Part shown: one piece after another, positions 19,696 through 29,315 of the stretch
Layout of the letters: each line of letters begins with the position of its first letter
Numbering within the stretch: the stretch's first letter is position 1
NCBI GenBank assembly: GCA_964463705.1
Contig: CAYXCH010000006.1
Span: forward strand, 32,576 to 96,575
Length of the DNA stretch: 64,000 nt
Direction of reading: 5' to 3'
From: an uncultured Pseudobdellovibrionaceae bacterium
GTDB taxonomy: Bacteria > Patescibacteriota > Minisyncoccia > Moranbacterales > GCA-2747515
Notes under the pieces: model-generated
What the model was told of the DNA's origin: nothing
What the model saw: the letters and a program-made list of their open reading frames with translations, nothing else
Databases searched by the model: none
Made by a program: the position numbers and the translations under genes

Positions 19696-21540
19696 CTATT
19701 TGTTGCCCGGACGGGGTTGATTATTCGAGTATTGCCTATATACATCCGACAATCGCTCCAATTGGTTGTGATTATCTTGTTCGGTATTACGAAACACTTC
19801 TCGCAATGCATCTTGATTATCAAAGAATTGCTCATCTAAGTATCTCTGCATTACTTTTGCGGAATTGCGAACTTCTCCAAGGCCTTGCTGCTTTGCCATC
19901 TCTTGAGGTGAAATATCCATATGCAGTGCCGCCGCATCTTCCGGTGCGACAACAATGATGTTATTTTCATCATCAAGCTCAAGGTCTTGTCCGGTATTGT
20001 ATGAATACTCTACCAATGTTCCGCGACGCTTTTGGCGATTTATCTCTCCCTTCAACTGAAATCGATATGCCGCCGTCTCTGCGCCATTACCAATTGCTCG
20101 CGTTGTTGTCGCAATATCAGTGGCGGTAAGTCGACCCCGTTTTGCCAACTCCATTGCCGCCGCCGCCCGCTCATGGCGGCTTTTTTTAGAATTTAAAACT
20201 CTTCTCAATTGACTTGGCGAAAGATGCTCCATTGACTTGGAAAATGAAGCCACCGCATTGGCAAACGCCTCTGCTTTTGCACGCTCTCTCTCCACAATGG
20301 CAAACTGTGCCGACAGTACCTGTGCATGACGATTCGCCTTTCGCTCAAATCGTTCACGACGGCGCTGCGCACTTACTTTGAATGATCGGGCGGTGCCGAC
20401 AACAAGAGCTGCTCCCGGTATCTTTCTCGCCATATTTGCAATAAGCTTTCGGTCCTTCGCCGCCATACCGCGGAGACGACGAACAGTGTTCCGAGCAGCA
20501 CCGGTAACCATTCCACTGGCAGCATCGGACATTGCTGATGATGTAATAATACCGGACCATAGGATAATTACCGGAATTGCCAAAAATGCGATATTGGCAA
20601 TATTTGATGTTTGTGCGGCATTGGTGGCGGCGGTATCAGCGGGAATTGTGATGCGAATATCACTATCTTTACTAAATGCAATATCATGATTATATGCCAT
20701 GAATGTCATGGAGAAGAACAATGTAAACACGAGAATTGGCCCCGCCATCGCATATTTAAACAAGTTATTCCAATATCGACTGGCAATACCCTGTGTAGAC
20801 GGAAGTATGGATGCAACAAACCCTATTGGTGACAGTACCATAAGAATTGCCAATGCAACCAATCGAATAACAAATAATACCCCGATAACCACCATGGATA
20901 TACTGTAGAAGAAAGAGAAGATAACGGCAAAAAATGTATATGTTACTGAGGATGTCTTGGCATCAAAGTTGGGAACAAATACATCCATAATATTAATACT
21001 CCTTCCGAAAATCTCTACCGGCTCATACCCCGTACCGTTCTGTGGAAACAGTGAATGAAGAAAAAAGTACATGACAATATTGAAGACATCAATAATCGCC
21101 TTAGTGATTGGAAGGGAAAAGTTTACCAATAGCGCCATAATCACCAAGCGCAATAATATTGATCGTAAATGAAACCGTTCTATATGGAAAATTGTTGCAA
21201 ATGCGCTAAATAATAGAATAAGAATGAATGATAAGTTTAATAGATCCCTTACCAATACCCACGTTACATCAATAACTTGCGCATCCAGAATTGCTCGTGT
21301 CGTATCGGCATCCACAATGTAAACAAATAACAGTGTCCCCGCAACACCCAATAATCCAAAGCCGACACCGATATAGTATAACACCCAGTTAAGTCCCGAC
21401 ACGATCGCGGAAGCATCAGCAATATGGATACCCAGAAATACGCCGATAATCGCCAGTAATCCGGCGCGCCTGCGTGTTCCGGTTGTCACATTCAACAATC
21501 TTTTCAAATATTGCCTCATAAAAATAATCATTTCTATCAT
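19696..21540 (-). CDS. VirB6/TrbL-like polytopic membrane protein with C-terminal coiled-coil/charged tail
   Basis: About 8 hydrophobic helices followed by a long Arg/Ala/Glu-rich tail. The start is set at the Met at 21540, because the ORF-track start (21666) would overlap yraN. Confidence 0.6.
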   Translation of the reverse strand: MIEMIIFMRQYLKRLLNVTTGTRRRAGLLAIIGVFLGIHIADASAIVSGLNWVLYYIGVGFGLLGVAGTLLFVYIVDADTTRAILDAQVIDVTWVLVRDLLNLSFILILLFSAFATIFHIERFHLRSILLRLVIMALLVNFSLPITKAIIDVFNIVMYFFLHSLFPQNGTGYEPVEIFGRSINIMDVFVPNFDAKTSSVTYTFFAVIFSFFYSISMVVIGVLFVIRLVALAILMVLSPIGFVASILPSTQGIASRYWNNLFKYAMAGPILVFTLFFSMTFMAYNHDIAFSKDSDIRITIPADTAATNAAQTSNIANIAFLAIPVIILWSGIITSSAMSDAASGMVTGAARNTVRRLRGMAAKDRKLIANMARKIPGAALVVGTARSFKVSAQRRRERFERKANRHAQVLSAQFAIVERERAKAEAFANAVASFSKSMEHLSPSQLRRVLNSKKSRHERAAAAMELAKRGRLTATDIATTTRAIGNGAETAAYRFQLKGEINRQKRRGTLVEYSYNTGQDLELDDENNIIVVAPEDAAALHMDISPQEMAKQQGLGEVRNSAKVMQRYLDEQFFDNQDALREVFRNTEQDNHNQLERLSDVYRQYSNNQPRPGNK

Positions 21541-21553
21541 TATATCATATATT

Positions 21554-21937
21554 TTATAAAAAGATATCTTGTAAAAATTGTACCTGCGCTTTTCGTGTAT
21601 GCACATTAATACACACACTGATTGCGCAGTATCGTATCGCCCCCGTCCGCTGATATGCCCGGACATAGTATGCCATTACTCGCTCCATCGCGTGCAACTT
21701 TGCACGCGTAATACGCAGCTGTGGTGGATCCACATTCTCCGAGCTATGACGAAGACACGTTGTTTTTACTTCCACACAATACAAAACTCCCGAACGCTCC
21801 GCAATAATATCCACCTCTCCTCGCTTGATGGGAATCTTTGGCATATAATTGCGCGCAACAATATCATACCCCCGCCGTTGCAGATATCGCGCGGCAATTT
21901 CTTCCCCAAGCCGTCCGCATTCCCATGCTGTTGACAT
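21554..21937 (-). CDS. yraN: YraN-family (UPF0102) endonuclease
   Basis: GRLGEEIAARYLQRRGYDIVARNY...GEVDIIAE matches the YraN/UPF0102 signature. Confidence 0.8.
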   Translation of the reverse strand: MSTAWECGRLGEEIAARYLQRRGYDIVARNYMPKIPIKRGEVDIIAERSGVLYCVEVKTTCLRHSSENVDPPQLRITRAKLHAMERVMAYYVRAYQRTGAIRYCAISVCINVHTRKAQVQFLQDIFL

Positions 21938-21940
21938 ATA

Positions 21941-21965
21941 TACAAAAAGGCGGGAAATCCCGCCT
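21941..21965 (-). terminator. Intrinsic terminator ending the intergenic transcript, 8 nt upstream of the yraN ATG
   Basis: On the minus strand: AGGCGGG, AUUU, CCCGCCU, followed by UUUUUGUAUAU. Confidence 0.55.
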
Positions 21966-22495
21966 ACATTCCGTTAAGATACCGACAATCCACTGTCAGT
22001 CAATTCCCGGTGTCTTCCCGTATGAGGTGTTGTCACCGGGGGCACTGCGCCCCTAAACAGATTCCTTGGGCCGTGCCGCCCGGCTGATGCAGACAACATG
22101 CTGCGCGCTTCTCGTACTCGGGTGAATGGATACAAGAAGAAACAGTGCATGTAATATATCTGCCTCACACACGTGATTCTATCACGCGCTGACATGGTGC
22201 GAGCATTGCTCGCCTACGCCTCCCCGTCCGCGGGTTTGCTCCCCTTTTTTTCTTCAAGGTACTCGGTACACTTTTGTTTTTATTTTTGTGTTTTTGTATT
22301 TATGCTTGATAAATACGACCGTTTTGTTTTTGTTTTTTGTGTGTTGTGTTGTTTGCCGGCATCATATGATGCTCAGACTAACAAACATACGGACAGTGGA
22401 GACGTTCCGATTGTGAATAGGGGGGCTTCACAATCGGAACGTCGCCACCGTCGGCGTCCATGTCATTTCTTGTTAATGTGCGTTTCGTTACTGAC
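21941..22495 (-). ncRNA. Candidate ~555-nt non-coding transcript of unknown class
   Basis: Bounded by a near-consensus sigma70 promoter (22502..22530) and an intrinsic terminator (21941..21965). No ORF of meaningful length. Contains a perfect 17-bp hairpin (22398..22440) and an A/C-rich tract. Confidence 0.3.
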
Positions 22496-22501
22496 AAGCT
22501 C

Positions 22502-22530
22502 AGTATATCATCCTCTAAAGGCCACGTCAA
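22502..22530 (-). promoter_or_regulatory. Near-consensus sigma70 promoter
   Basis: On the minus strand: TTGACG, a 17-nt spacer, then TATACT. Confidence 0.5.
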
Positions 22531-22653
22531 CGCATTTATAAAAAAATGCCGTAAATAAAGGGATTTTTAATATGCTTACATAAAAACAATATAGTTGTTA
22601 TAAAATTATGCCAAAAAAATACCGCCATTTTTATTTAAAGTACAATAAAAAAC

Positions 22654-22679
22654 TGTGGAAAACTTGGTAGTTTTCCACA
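22654..22679. promoter_or_regulatory. Inverted pair of DnaA-box-like 9-mers
   Basis: TGTGGAAAA, an 8-nt spacer, then TTTTCCACA. The same 9-mer family occurs in the oriC clusters near dnaA. Confidence 0.4.
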
Positions 22680-22700
22680 GTTTCATATCATTTTCCCAAC

Positions 22701-23981
22701 TTATGGAAGAATTACCGTATCCTGATTGCCGCTAGGTCGGTCATCTTCTATATCACCCTCTCCGGATTCCTTCATAGTCTTTTCCGAAACAACTGAAACG
22801 CTATTTACATCTTCCGAAGAAGTGTTAACCCCCTCTGTCTCACCGGATTGACCGGATGAATCCTCTTTTTTAGACATTTCTTCAACACGACGTTGCGCCT
22901 CAGATGTGTAATCAAATACCCGATCCATCATGCGATACATGGTCGCACGACTTGTTCCGAAAAATACATGGTCATAATGTGTCGCATAATCAATAGATGC
23001 CGCAGCATCCGGTGTAAAATTGTAGAAACGAATCGGAACACCACGATGATCACTATCTTCAAACTCCGCATTGACAACCGGTGGAATATCAAAGTTATAT
23101 AATGGAGCAAATCCTTTGATAAGGGTTGTTTCCATCGTGCGTAAGTTATTACGCAATGCCTCCGACATCTCTGTGTATGTATGGATACCGAAACGAACTC
23201 CATAGTCACTCGGCAAGATATATAACTGAAATGGCTGATTCATTGCATCTACAATATCATCGGGGATAACTGTTAAAAATCGGTGCGCAAAGACAGAGAA
23301 TGGCATCGGTTCTCCATCTGCAATAACATCAACAACCATTTCCGATTCGGATGTATCCACAATAGAACGCAACGTGTTCACGACATCAATTGTCGTTGCC
23401 TGCTGCGAAATCATCAGTGAGCCGTGAGAAGGCTCGAACTGAAGAAACTGTTCTTGTGTGTACGTATATGGAGTGTTACTAAATGTAACGGGAGAATCAG
23501 ATGACTCAACGGGCTCTTTTATGGTAGGAGCAACCTCTTGAATCACCGGCTGTTCACCTATGGGTACCAGCGTGCGCAAAATCCGCCCTCCAAACACCAA
23601 TAAAAACAACAGAGCCAGTAAGGCAATCATTGCTCCGATAATGACTCCCACCCACAATCGTGAACGTGAAGCAGAGCGTGATGTATGAATGCGACCGTTC
23701 GGTTCTGTAACAGAAACCGTTCCTTGTTGTGGTGTTGGTGTTGGTGCTGGTGCTGGTGCTGGTGATGTGGTAGATGCTTGAGGGACAGATATATTTCCCT
23801 CCCCTCCGACAGATGTATTTGAAGATAAAAACGGGCCGGAATCTGTTGTTGAAGACGGTGACGAAGCAGCGGTTGCTGTTGTTTCAACCGCGGGAGATTG
23901 TGCGGCGTGTATATCATCTGCCATGGTGTGCACGCGAACCTCTGCTTTTGATTGGGTGTTTTTTGTTTTTTTTGCAAACAT
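22701..23981 (-). CDS. Single-pass membrane protein with Pro/Ala/Thr-rich segment and a large extracytoplasmic domain, hypothetical
   Basis: PAPAPAPTPTP tract, a TM helix (LWVGVIIGAMIALLALLFLLVF) and a ~280-aa C-terminal domain with an acidic tail. Confidence 0.55.
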   Translation of the reverse strand: MFAKKTKNTQSKAEVRVHTMADDIHAAQSPAVETTATAASSPSSTTDSGPFLSSNTSVGGEGNISVPQASTTSPAPAPAPTPTPQQGTVSVTEPNGRIHTSRSASRSRLWVGVIIGAMIALLALLFLLVFGGRILRTLVPIGEQPVIQEVAPTIKEPVESSDSPVTFSNTPYTYTQEQFLQFEPSHGSLMISQQATTIDVVNTLRSIVDTSESEMVVDVIADGEPMPFSVFAHRFLTVIPDDIVDAMNQPFQLYILPSDYGVRFGIHTYTEMSEALRNNLRTMETTLIKGFAPLYNFDIPPVVNAEFEDSDHRGVPIRFYNFTPDAAASIDYATHYDHVFFGTSRATMYRMMDRVFDYTSEAQRRVEEMSKKEDSSGQSGETEGVNTSSEDVNSVSVVSEKTMKESGEGDIEDDRPSGNQDTVILP

Positions 23982-24002
23982 TGGTGTGTGATTGAAATGT
24001 TT

Positions 24003-24947
24003 TTATATGTCAGTATAACACAAATTTGCCACATCGTCAGGAATGGCGGCGGTATACACATGTCCCTCATACATCATTCGTAGTGCAACGGCACGCAATG
24101 CCAATCCCGCGTTCGTAGGTGTACGCCGACGATATACCGTATCTCCCACAATCGCATGCCCCAGTGCGGCGGCATGAACACGAATTTGATGTGTTCGTCC
24201 CGTCTGCGGATACACTACAACCTGCGTAACATTTGGATATCGGCGATGAACAACAAATGTTGTCATCGCCTCTCGCGCCGTCCCCCGATACGGTGTTCGC
24301 GTAGAGCGAATCGCCACCATCCGTCCACCTCGTGTACTGCGCGCAATCGGCCATGTCACCGTCCGTGTTGTCCATGGCACTCTTCCATGCAACAACGCAT
24401 GGTATGTTTTATGAACGCGTCGGCACTGAAATGCCTCCTGTAGACGCACCAACGCCGACGCAGAGCGCGCCACCACCATTACTCCGGCGGTTTCTCGATC
24501 CAGTCGGTGAACAATTCCACCACGCCGCGGGCCCTCTCCGACAACGGCAAGGTCGGGGTCTCGCGCCAACAATGCAGAGACCAGTGTCTCCCGAGAATCT
24601 ACAGACGGCGCACCGTGAGTTACCACACCGGCCGGCTTATACACAAAGTAGAAATCCTGATGAGTAAAAAGAATACGGACACTTGGATTGTCTTGCACCT
24701 CTATAATCGCCTCCTCATCGGGCGGCACGGTTCCCGTAATCCGAGAGTGCGGGCGAACATGCCGATGCGGAGCGACTTGCTGACCATCTACACGCAACGC
24801 CCCCGAGCGTAATGCTTGTGTTATGCGATGACGAGATATTGCGCCCTTGTAGACATTCGCGGCAATGTATGCGTCCAGTCGTTGCGATGGAACATTTTCC
24901 GGTACACTATGCTCACATTCCATATCACTAGAAGTCCCAGCTTCCAT
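24003..24947 (-). CDS. rluD: RluA-family 23S rRNA pseudouridine synthase (RluD-like) with N-terminal S4 domain
   Basis: Catalytic motif HRLDRETAGVMVVARS. The start may be the Met at 24923, which avoids the overlap with nrdB. Confidence 0.8.
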   Translation of the reverse strand: MEAGTSSDMECEHSVPENVPSQRLDAYIAANVYKGAISRHRITQALRSGALRVDGQQVAPHRHVRPHSRITGTVPPDEEAIIEVQDNPSVRILFTHQDFYFVYKPAGVVTHGAPSVDSRETLVSALLARDPDLAVVGEGPRRGGIVHRLDRETAGVMVVARSASALVRLQEAFQCRRVHKTYHALLHGRVPWTTRTVTWPIARSTRGGRMVAIRSTRTPYRGTAREAMTTFVVHRRYPNVTQVVVYPQTGRTHQIRVHAAALGHAIVGDTVYRRRTPTNAGLALRAVALRMMYEGHVYTAAIPDDVANLCYTDI

Positions 24948-25968
24948 TCATACTGGAGGACTGTGTATAATTGATCACCGTTGTTTCAAAGAAGTTTCCT
25001 TTGTCACTGTTTACATCTTGTAATCGCTCCAAGTGCTTATACGGATTCTCAATGGCATCCGGGTATAGCGGTGACAATCCCAACATCTCCAATCGCTGAT
25101 TTGCCAACCATTGTGTATACGCTGTTGTTGTTTCTCCGTTGATGCCCGGAATACGATCACCCAAAATATGTACACTCCACTCAATTTCCTGCTTTACCGC
25201 CGTCCGCATCATCTCCCGAATCATACGCTCACTGTAAACATCGGGAAACTCTTTCTGAATCTCGCGAATAATATTGGCGAAAATCGTTACATGCGTTAAC
25301 TCATCCCGACGAATGTATGCGATCATGCGCCCGGTTGCCGGCATTTTTCCACGATCCGCCAGCGTATCAAAAAACGCAAATCCGTTATAGAAGTATAGCG
25401 ATTCCAACAAGAAATTCGCTACAACTCCACGGAAAAAGTTTTTATCTGTCGGTGAATCCAAAAAATCCTGATAAATTTGCCCAATATACGTATTCCGCTC
25501 TAATAAGATTTTATCGGTTCGCCAAAAATAATAAATTTCTTCTCGTTCCCGCGCATCCACTACCGCCTCCAAAATTGTAGCGTATGACTGTGAATGAATT
25601 GCTTCCTGATATGCCTGAATGGAAAGAATAAGATTAACCTCCGGACTGGTAATATAATCATTAAAATGTGGAAGATTGACCGTTTGAATGGAATCCAAAA
25701 ATGTCAAAAACGAGATGATTCCTTTATATGCGCGCTGTTCCGCCGATGATAAATCGGAATGAAACATGCGCGCATCATCTTTGAGACCGGACACTTTCTC
25801 CGGTACCCAAAAATTTCCAATCATCACCTGATACATGGATTTTGCCCAAGGGTACTTTACGGCATTAAGGTTAAACAAACCCGTCGTATTTCCCTTGATA
25901 ATTGTTCGTACCGAGGTGTCGTCATTTCCCTTTGGGTTGAAAATCTTGTTTGCATGCATTGCTGTCAT
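24928..25968 (-). CDS. nrdB: Ribonucleotide reductase class I small subunit
   Basis: Di-iron/tyrosyl radical R2 signatures (FLTFLDSIQTVNL, EAIHSQSYATILEAV, FYFYNGFAFF). Confidence 0.85.
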   Translation of the reverse strand: MTAMHANKIFNPKGNDDTSVRTIIKGNTTGLFNLNAVKYPWAKSMYQVMIGNFWVPEKVSGLKDDARMFHSDLSSAEQRAYKGIISFLTFLDSIQTVNLPHFNDYITSPEVNLILSIQAYQEAIHSQSYATILEAVVDAREREEIYYFWRTDKILLERNTYIGQIYQDFLDSPTDKNFFRGVVANFLLESLYFYNGFAFFDTLADRGKMPATGRMIAYIRRDELTHVTIFANIIREIQKEFPDVYSERMIREMMRTAVKQEIEWSVHILGDRIPGINGETTTAYTQWLANQRLEMLGLSPLYPDAIENPYKHLERLQDVNSDKGNFFETTVINYTQSSSMNGSWDF

Positions 25969-26001
25969 AGGTGTATCGTTAATGATATTTTATTGATCAT
26001 C

Positions 26002-28629
26002 CTACCCGCTGCAACTGGTGCAGACATTTTGATCCACTTCACCGGACAGCGAGCGTACGTAGTAGACTGTTTTAATCCCCTTCTCCCATGCATACAGATA
26101 ATATCCATACAACTGAGATGGCGATGTGCGCGCGGGATCAATCATCCACTCAAAGCTGATAGACTGATCCACCCATGGATAAATTGTTGCAATCATATCA
26201 ATCACATCCTTCATATCCATGCTGATATACTCTTTGTAGTACCAGAAATTATCCTTGCCAAGCTTTGGTGCCACTCGGACAGTCGGCGAGGAAAGATTTG
26301 TCTCTACAAAGTAGCGCTTATAAATGGGCAGTAGTGCCGCTGTCGTACCAACAACCCCCGAAGTGGATGTATTTGGTGCCGGTGCGGTATGATAAGCAAA
26401 TCGCGTACCGTACAAACGCATATCATCAAAAAGCTTCTCCCATGCCTTTGCGCGGCGGGGATTTTTCTCCGTAAACCATGAAACATCTTTTCCTAAAAGA
26501 ATTCCCTTCTTATAATCACTGCCTTCGCATAGCTGATATGCTCCTCGCTCCTTTGCCAAATCCACACTGGCACGATATGTGTGGTATGTATATCGCTCAA
26601 ATAATGCATCCACTTTTGCCCGCGCTTCTTCGCTTTCATAAGAAAGCTTACGTGTCGCCAAATACTCCGCCAGTCCCAGATAACCCAATCCGACACTACG
26701 GTATCGCATGGCGGTGCGATGCGCCTCCTCAATCGGATAGTAATTTAACGTAATCACATTGTCCAGAACACGCATCACCACCGGAAAGACTGCCGCAATT
26801 GTCTTTTCATTGCAGACTTTTGCCACATTGATCGATGCGAGATTGCACACTACCAGATCTCCCGGCGCGTAGCGAATAACAATCTCTCCATCCTCCAGTG
26901 TCTCTCGCACAAACGTTGTGGGAGAAGTATTCTGACAAATCTCCGTACATAATTGTGTAGAGTAAATCGCACCGGCATGGGCATTGGGATTAAGACGATT
27001 GACCGTATCACGGAAAAAGACATATGGCATTCCGGTCTCCACTGTTGTACGCAGAAACTTCTTAAATAATTCCTTGGCAGCAACGGTCTTTCGCATCTTC
27101 AGTGAACGACTGCGCTCCAACTTCTCATAAAACGCCGTAAATTCCTCACCGAAGTGATCCTCCAATCGCTTACCGTATACCGTGTATACTTCATGTGGAT
27201 CAAACAATGTCCATTGTTCATCATTTTTTAATCGTTGCATAAAGAGATCCGGTATTGTTACCGCCGGAAAGACATCAAACGCCTTGGAGCGAATATCTCC
27301 CGTCTCCGTCTGCAAGTCCAAAAAGTCATGAATATCGTAGTGCCAAATATCCAGAGTTACACTGATCGCTCCCATGCGTGCACCAAGCTGATTAACAGCA
27401 ATCGCCGTATCGTTGATAACTTTAATCCATGGATTTACGCCGCCGGATGCACCGCTGACACCGCGAATCGCCGCACCACGGGCGCGAATATGACCCAAAT
27501 ACACCCCAACACCGCCGCCAAACTTTGAAATTTGCGCCATATTCTCCACACCGTGATAGATCGCGCGCAAATCATCATCAATACTCATTTTAAAGCAGCT
27601 GGACAACTGATGATAATTGGTCCGAGCATTTAACAACGTCGGTGTTGGCAATGAGATGTGTTGCTGAGAGCAGTGCTCATAAATCTTCAAGGCAAAATCC
27701 AACCGCGTCTCTTCCGGCTCCGGAATCGCCAAAAATAATGCCACTGCCATATACATTTCCTGCGGCAACTCCTTGAATTCCTCTCCATCCTTCAACAAGT
27801 ACCGCTTGGTTAGTGACAAAATGGTCGTATACTCGTAAGAATGATCCGTTGCGCGAGAAAGATGCCGCGCCGCCGTCATAATCTGCTCTTTTGTGTAGTA
27901 CTTATAAAAGTCTTTATAATACAGGCCTTTTTCAATATACTCATCAAACAACGCAACGAAGCTGCGCGGGGTATAAATCTCTCGCATAGATAATCCGCGA
28001 GCTCGCCGCGCTTTCTTGTAAATATCCCCCAACGCAATCCGTGCCGCGACATGTTGCCATGCCGTATTATTGACACTGACAAGATCAATGCACGTCTTGA
28101 CCATCAATTTGTTAATATCTTCGGTTTTGATTCCCTCAACAAGATTTTTCTTAAATGCGGCAATAAATTCCTTAAATGTACACTCCTCTTTATACTCGTC
28201 CGCACTGCGATCAAATACGCGCTTAATTTTCCGAATGTCAAAAACCTCTCGCTTTCCATCGGATTTTTGCACCGTCAATTCTTTATTTTCAAACTGTTGA
28301 ACCAACTCTTCATGACGCTCCTTTCGTTCTTGCTGTCGTTCACGACGATAAAGAATGTACGCTTTTGCCACATCATATTGATTGATGCGCACCAGATGAC
28401 GCTCCACACAATCTTGAATCTGTTCCACCGTCGGAATATGATGGTGGTCTGCCACCGGCTGCGTATCAAATGACTCCGCAAGATCCGCAATAATGTCATC
28501 GGTAAGTTGTGATGCAAAATCACACTGAACACCGGTAGCGGAACATGCCTTGCGAATCGCATGTTCAATTCGCGCCCGATTAAATGCCACAATATCCCCA
28601 TTTCGTTTTTTGATTTGCGAGAGTGTCAT
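26002..28629 (-). CDS. nrdA: Ribonucleotide reductase class I large subunit with N-terminal ATP-cone
   Basis: ATP-cone (KRNGDIVAFNRARIEHAIRKA), catalytic core, and C-terminal CTSCSG redox cysteines. Confidence 0.9.
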   Translation of the reverse strand: MTLSQIKKRNGDIVAFNRARIEHAIRKACSATGVQCDFASQLTDDIIADLAESFDTQPVADHHHIPTVEQIQDCVERHLVRINQYDVAKAYILYRRERQQERKERHEELVQQFENKELTVQKSDGKREVFDIRKIKRVFDRSADEYKEECTFKEFIAAFKKNLVEGIKTEDINKLMVKTCIDLVSVNNTAWQHVAARIALGDIYKKARRARGLSMREIYTPRSFVALFDEYIEKGLYYKDFYKYYTKEQIMTAARHLSRATDHSYEYTTILSLTKRYLLKDGEEFKELPQEMYMAVALFLAIPEPEETRLDFALKIYEHCSQQHISLPTPTLLNARTNYHQLSSCFKMSIDDDLRAIYHGVENMAQISKFGGGVGVYLGHIRARGAAIRGVSGASGGVNPWIKVINDTAIAVNQLGARMGAISVTLDIWHYDIHDFLDLQTETGDIRSKAFDVFPAVTIPDLFMQRLKNDEQWTLFDPHEVYTVYGKRLEDHFGEEFTAFYEKLERSRSLKMRKTVAAKELFKKFLRTTVETGMPYVFFRDTVNRLNPNAHAGAIYSTQLCTEICQNTSPTTFVRETLEDGEIVIRYAPGDLVVCNLASINVAKVCNEKTIAAVFPVVMRVLDNVITLNYYPIEEAHRTAMRYRSVGLGYLGLAEYLATRKLSYESEEARAKVDALFERYTYHTYRASVDLAKERGAYQLCEGSDYKKGILLGKDVSWFTEKNPRRAKAWEKLFDDMRLYGTRFAYHTAPAPNTSTSGVVGTTAALLPIYKRYFVETNLSSPTVRVAPKLGKDNFWYYKEYISMDMKDVIDMIATIYPWVDQSISFEWMIDPARTSPSQLYGYYLYAWEKGIKTVYYVRSLSGEVDQNVCTSCSG

Positions 28630-28719
28630 AGGTGTTGATTTAAGAGCAACAGAAAAGGGTGTCGGCGCCGTTATTCGTCACCGTATCACCCCTTTTGTGC
28701 AGAAAATTACCGTCCCCCA

Positions 28720-29304
28720 TTAGTGTGTTCCCCCGGCATGACGAGCAGCAACCACTCGCCAATCTATCGCCGCCATAAATCGCTCAATATAGGCGGCGCG
28801 ATCCAATCCGTATGCCGTAATATATGCATGCTCAAACACATCCATTACCAACAATGGTGTGCACTGCGAAAGATGTCCGAGGTCATGCTCATTGATCCAT
28901 GTGTTGTACACGGTATTTGCCATCGGATCATAGGCGAGAACCACCCATCCGATGCCGCGTATCGTACCGGTGGCACGAAAATCCTTCTCCCAATTCTCCA
29001 TGCTTCCATAGGATTCCGTGATCAACTCAACAACATTCGGCGCATCCTGCTCACCGGTCGTTGTATCCGCGGTCATATTCTCAAAGTACAACTCATGAAG
29101 CCGCATCCCTCCAAACTCCCATCCCAATCGTCGCTTCATTTCCGCATATTCCGGCGTACCGTGGCGAGCATTGCGCAACTGTTCAATCAGTGTATTCACC
29201 GCTGAAACATATCCCGCATACAACGTCAAATGCATATCCAACAACGCATCATCAAAGCCCGGAATATCGCGGAGGTGGGAAAATGTTTTTGTTTCGTAGC
29301 GCAT
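28720..29304 (-). CDS. sodA: Fe/Mn superoxide dismutase
   Basis: C-terminal DVFEHAYI (the DVWEHAYY motif) with a conserved upstream region. The start is set at MRYETKTF. Confidence 0.8.
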   Translation of the reverse strand: MRYETKTFSHLRDIPGFDDALLDMHLTLYAGYVSAVNTLIEQLRNARHGTPEYAEMKRRLGWEFGGMRLHELYFENMTADTTTGEQDAPNVVELITESYGSMENWEKDFRATGTIRGIGWVVLAYDPMANTVYNTWINEHDLGHLSQCTPLLVMDVFEHAYITAYGLDRAAYIERFMAAIDWRVVAARHAGGTH

Positions 29305-29315
29305 TATGAAATACT

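Noticed and set aside
19696-21666. ORF-track start of the VirB6-like gene at 21666
   Set aside because: That start would overlap the 3' end of yraN by 113 nt. A Met at 21540 gives a TM-rich protein of plausible length without the overlap, so the shorter model was preferred.
22262-22352. T/G-rich (A/C-rich on the other strand) imperfect repeats considered as a CRISPR array or tandem repeat
   Set aside because: There are no regularly spaced identical repeats or spacers. It is a low-complexity tract, not an array.
21938-22495. Attempted identification of the intergenic transcript as RNase P RNA, tmRNA or SRP RNA
   Set aside because: The conserved strings (GGAAAGUCCGGGCUCC / ACAGAACCCGGCUUA for RNase P, the tRNA-like 3' end with CCA for tmRNA, GGAAGCAGC for SRP) are absent on either strand. 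The class is left open.
23740-23780. GGTGCTGGTGCTGGTGCTGG tandem hexanucleotide repeat
   Set aside because: It lies inside the 22701..23981 CDS and simply encodes the PAPAPAPTPTP linker, so it is not an independent element.
28630-28719. Searched upstream of nrdA for NrdR-box palindromes
   Set aside because: No convincing 16-bp acaCwAtATaTwGtgt-like pair was seen. There is only a GGGGTG/CACCC hairpin that may terminate the sod gene.
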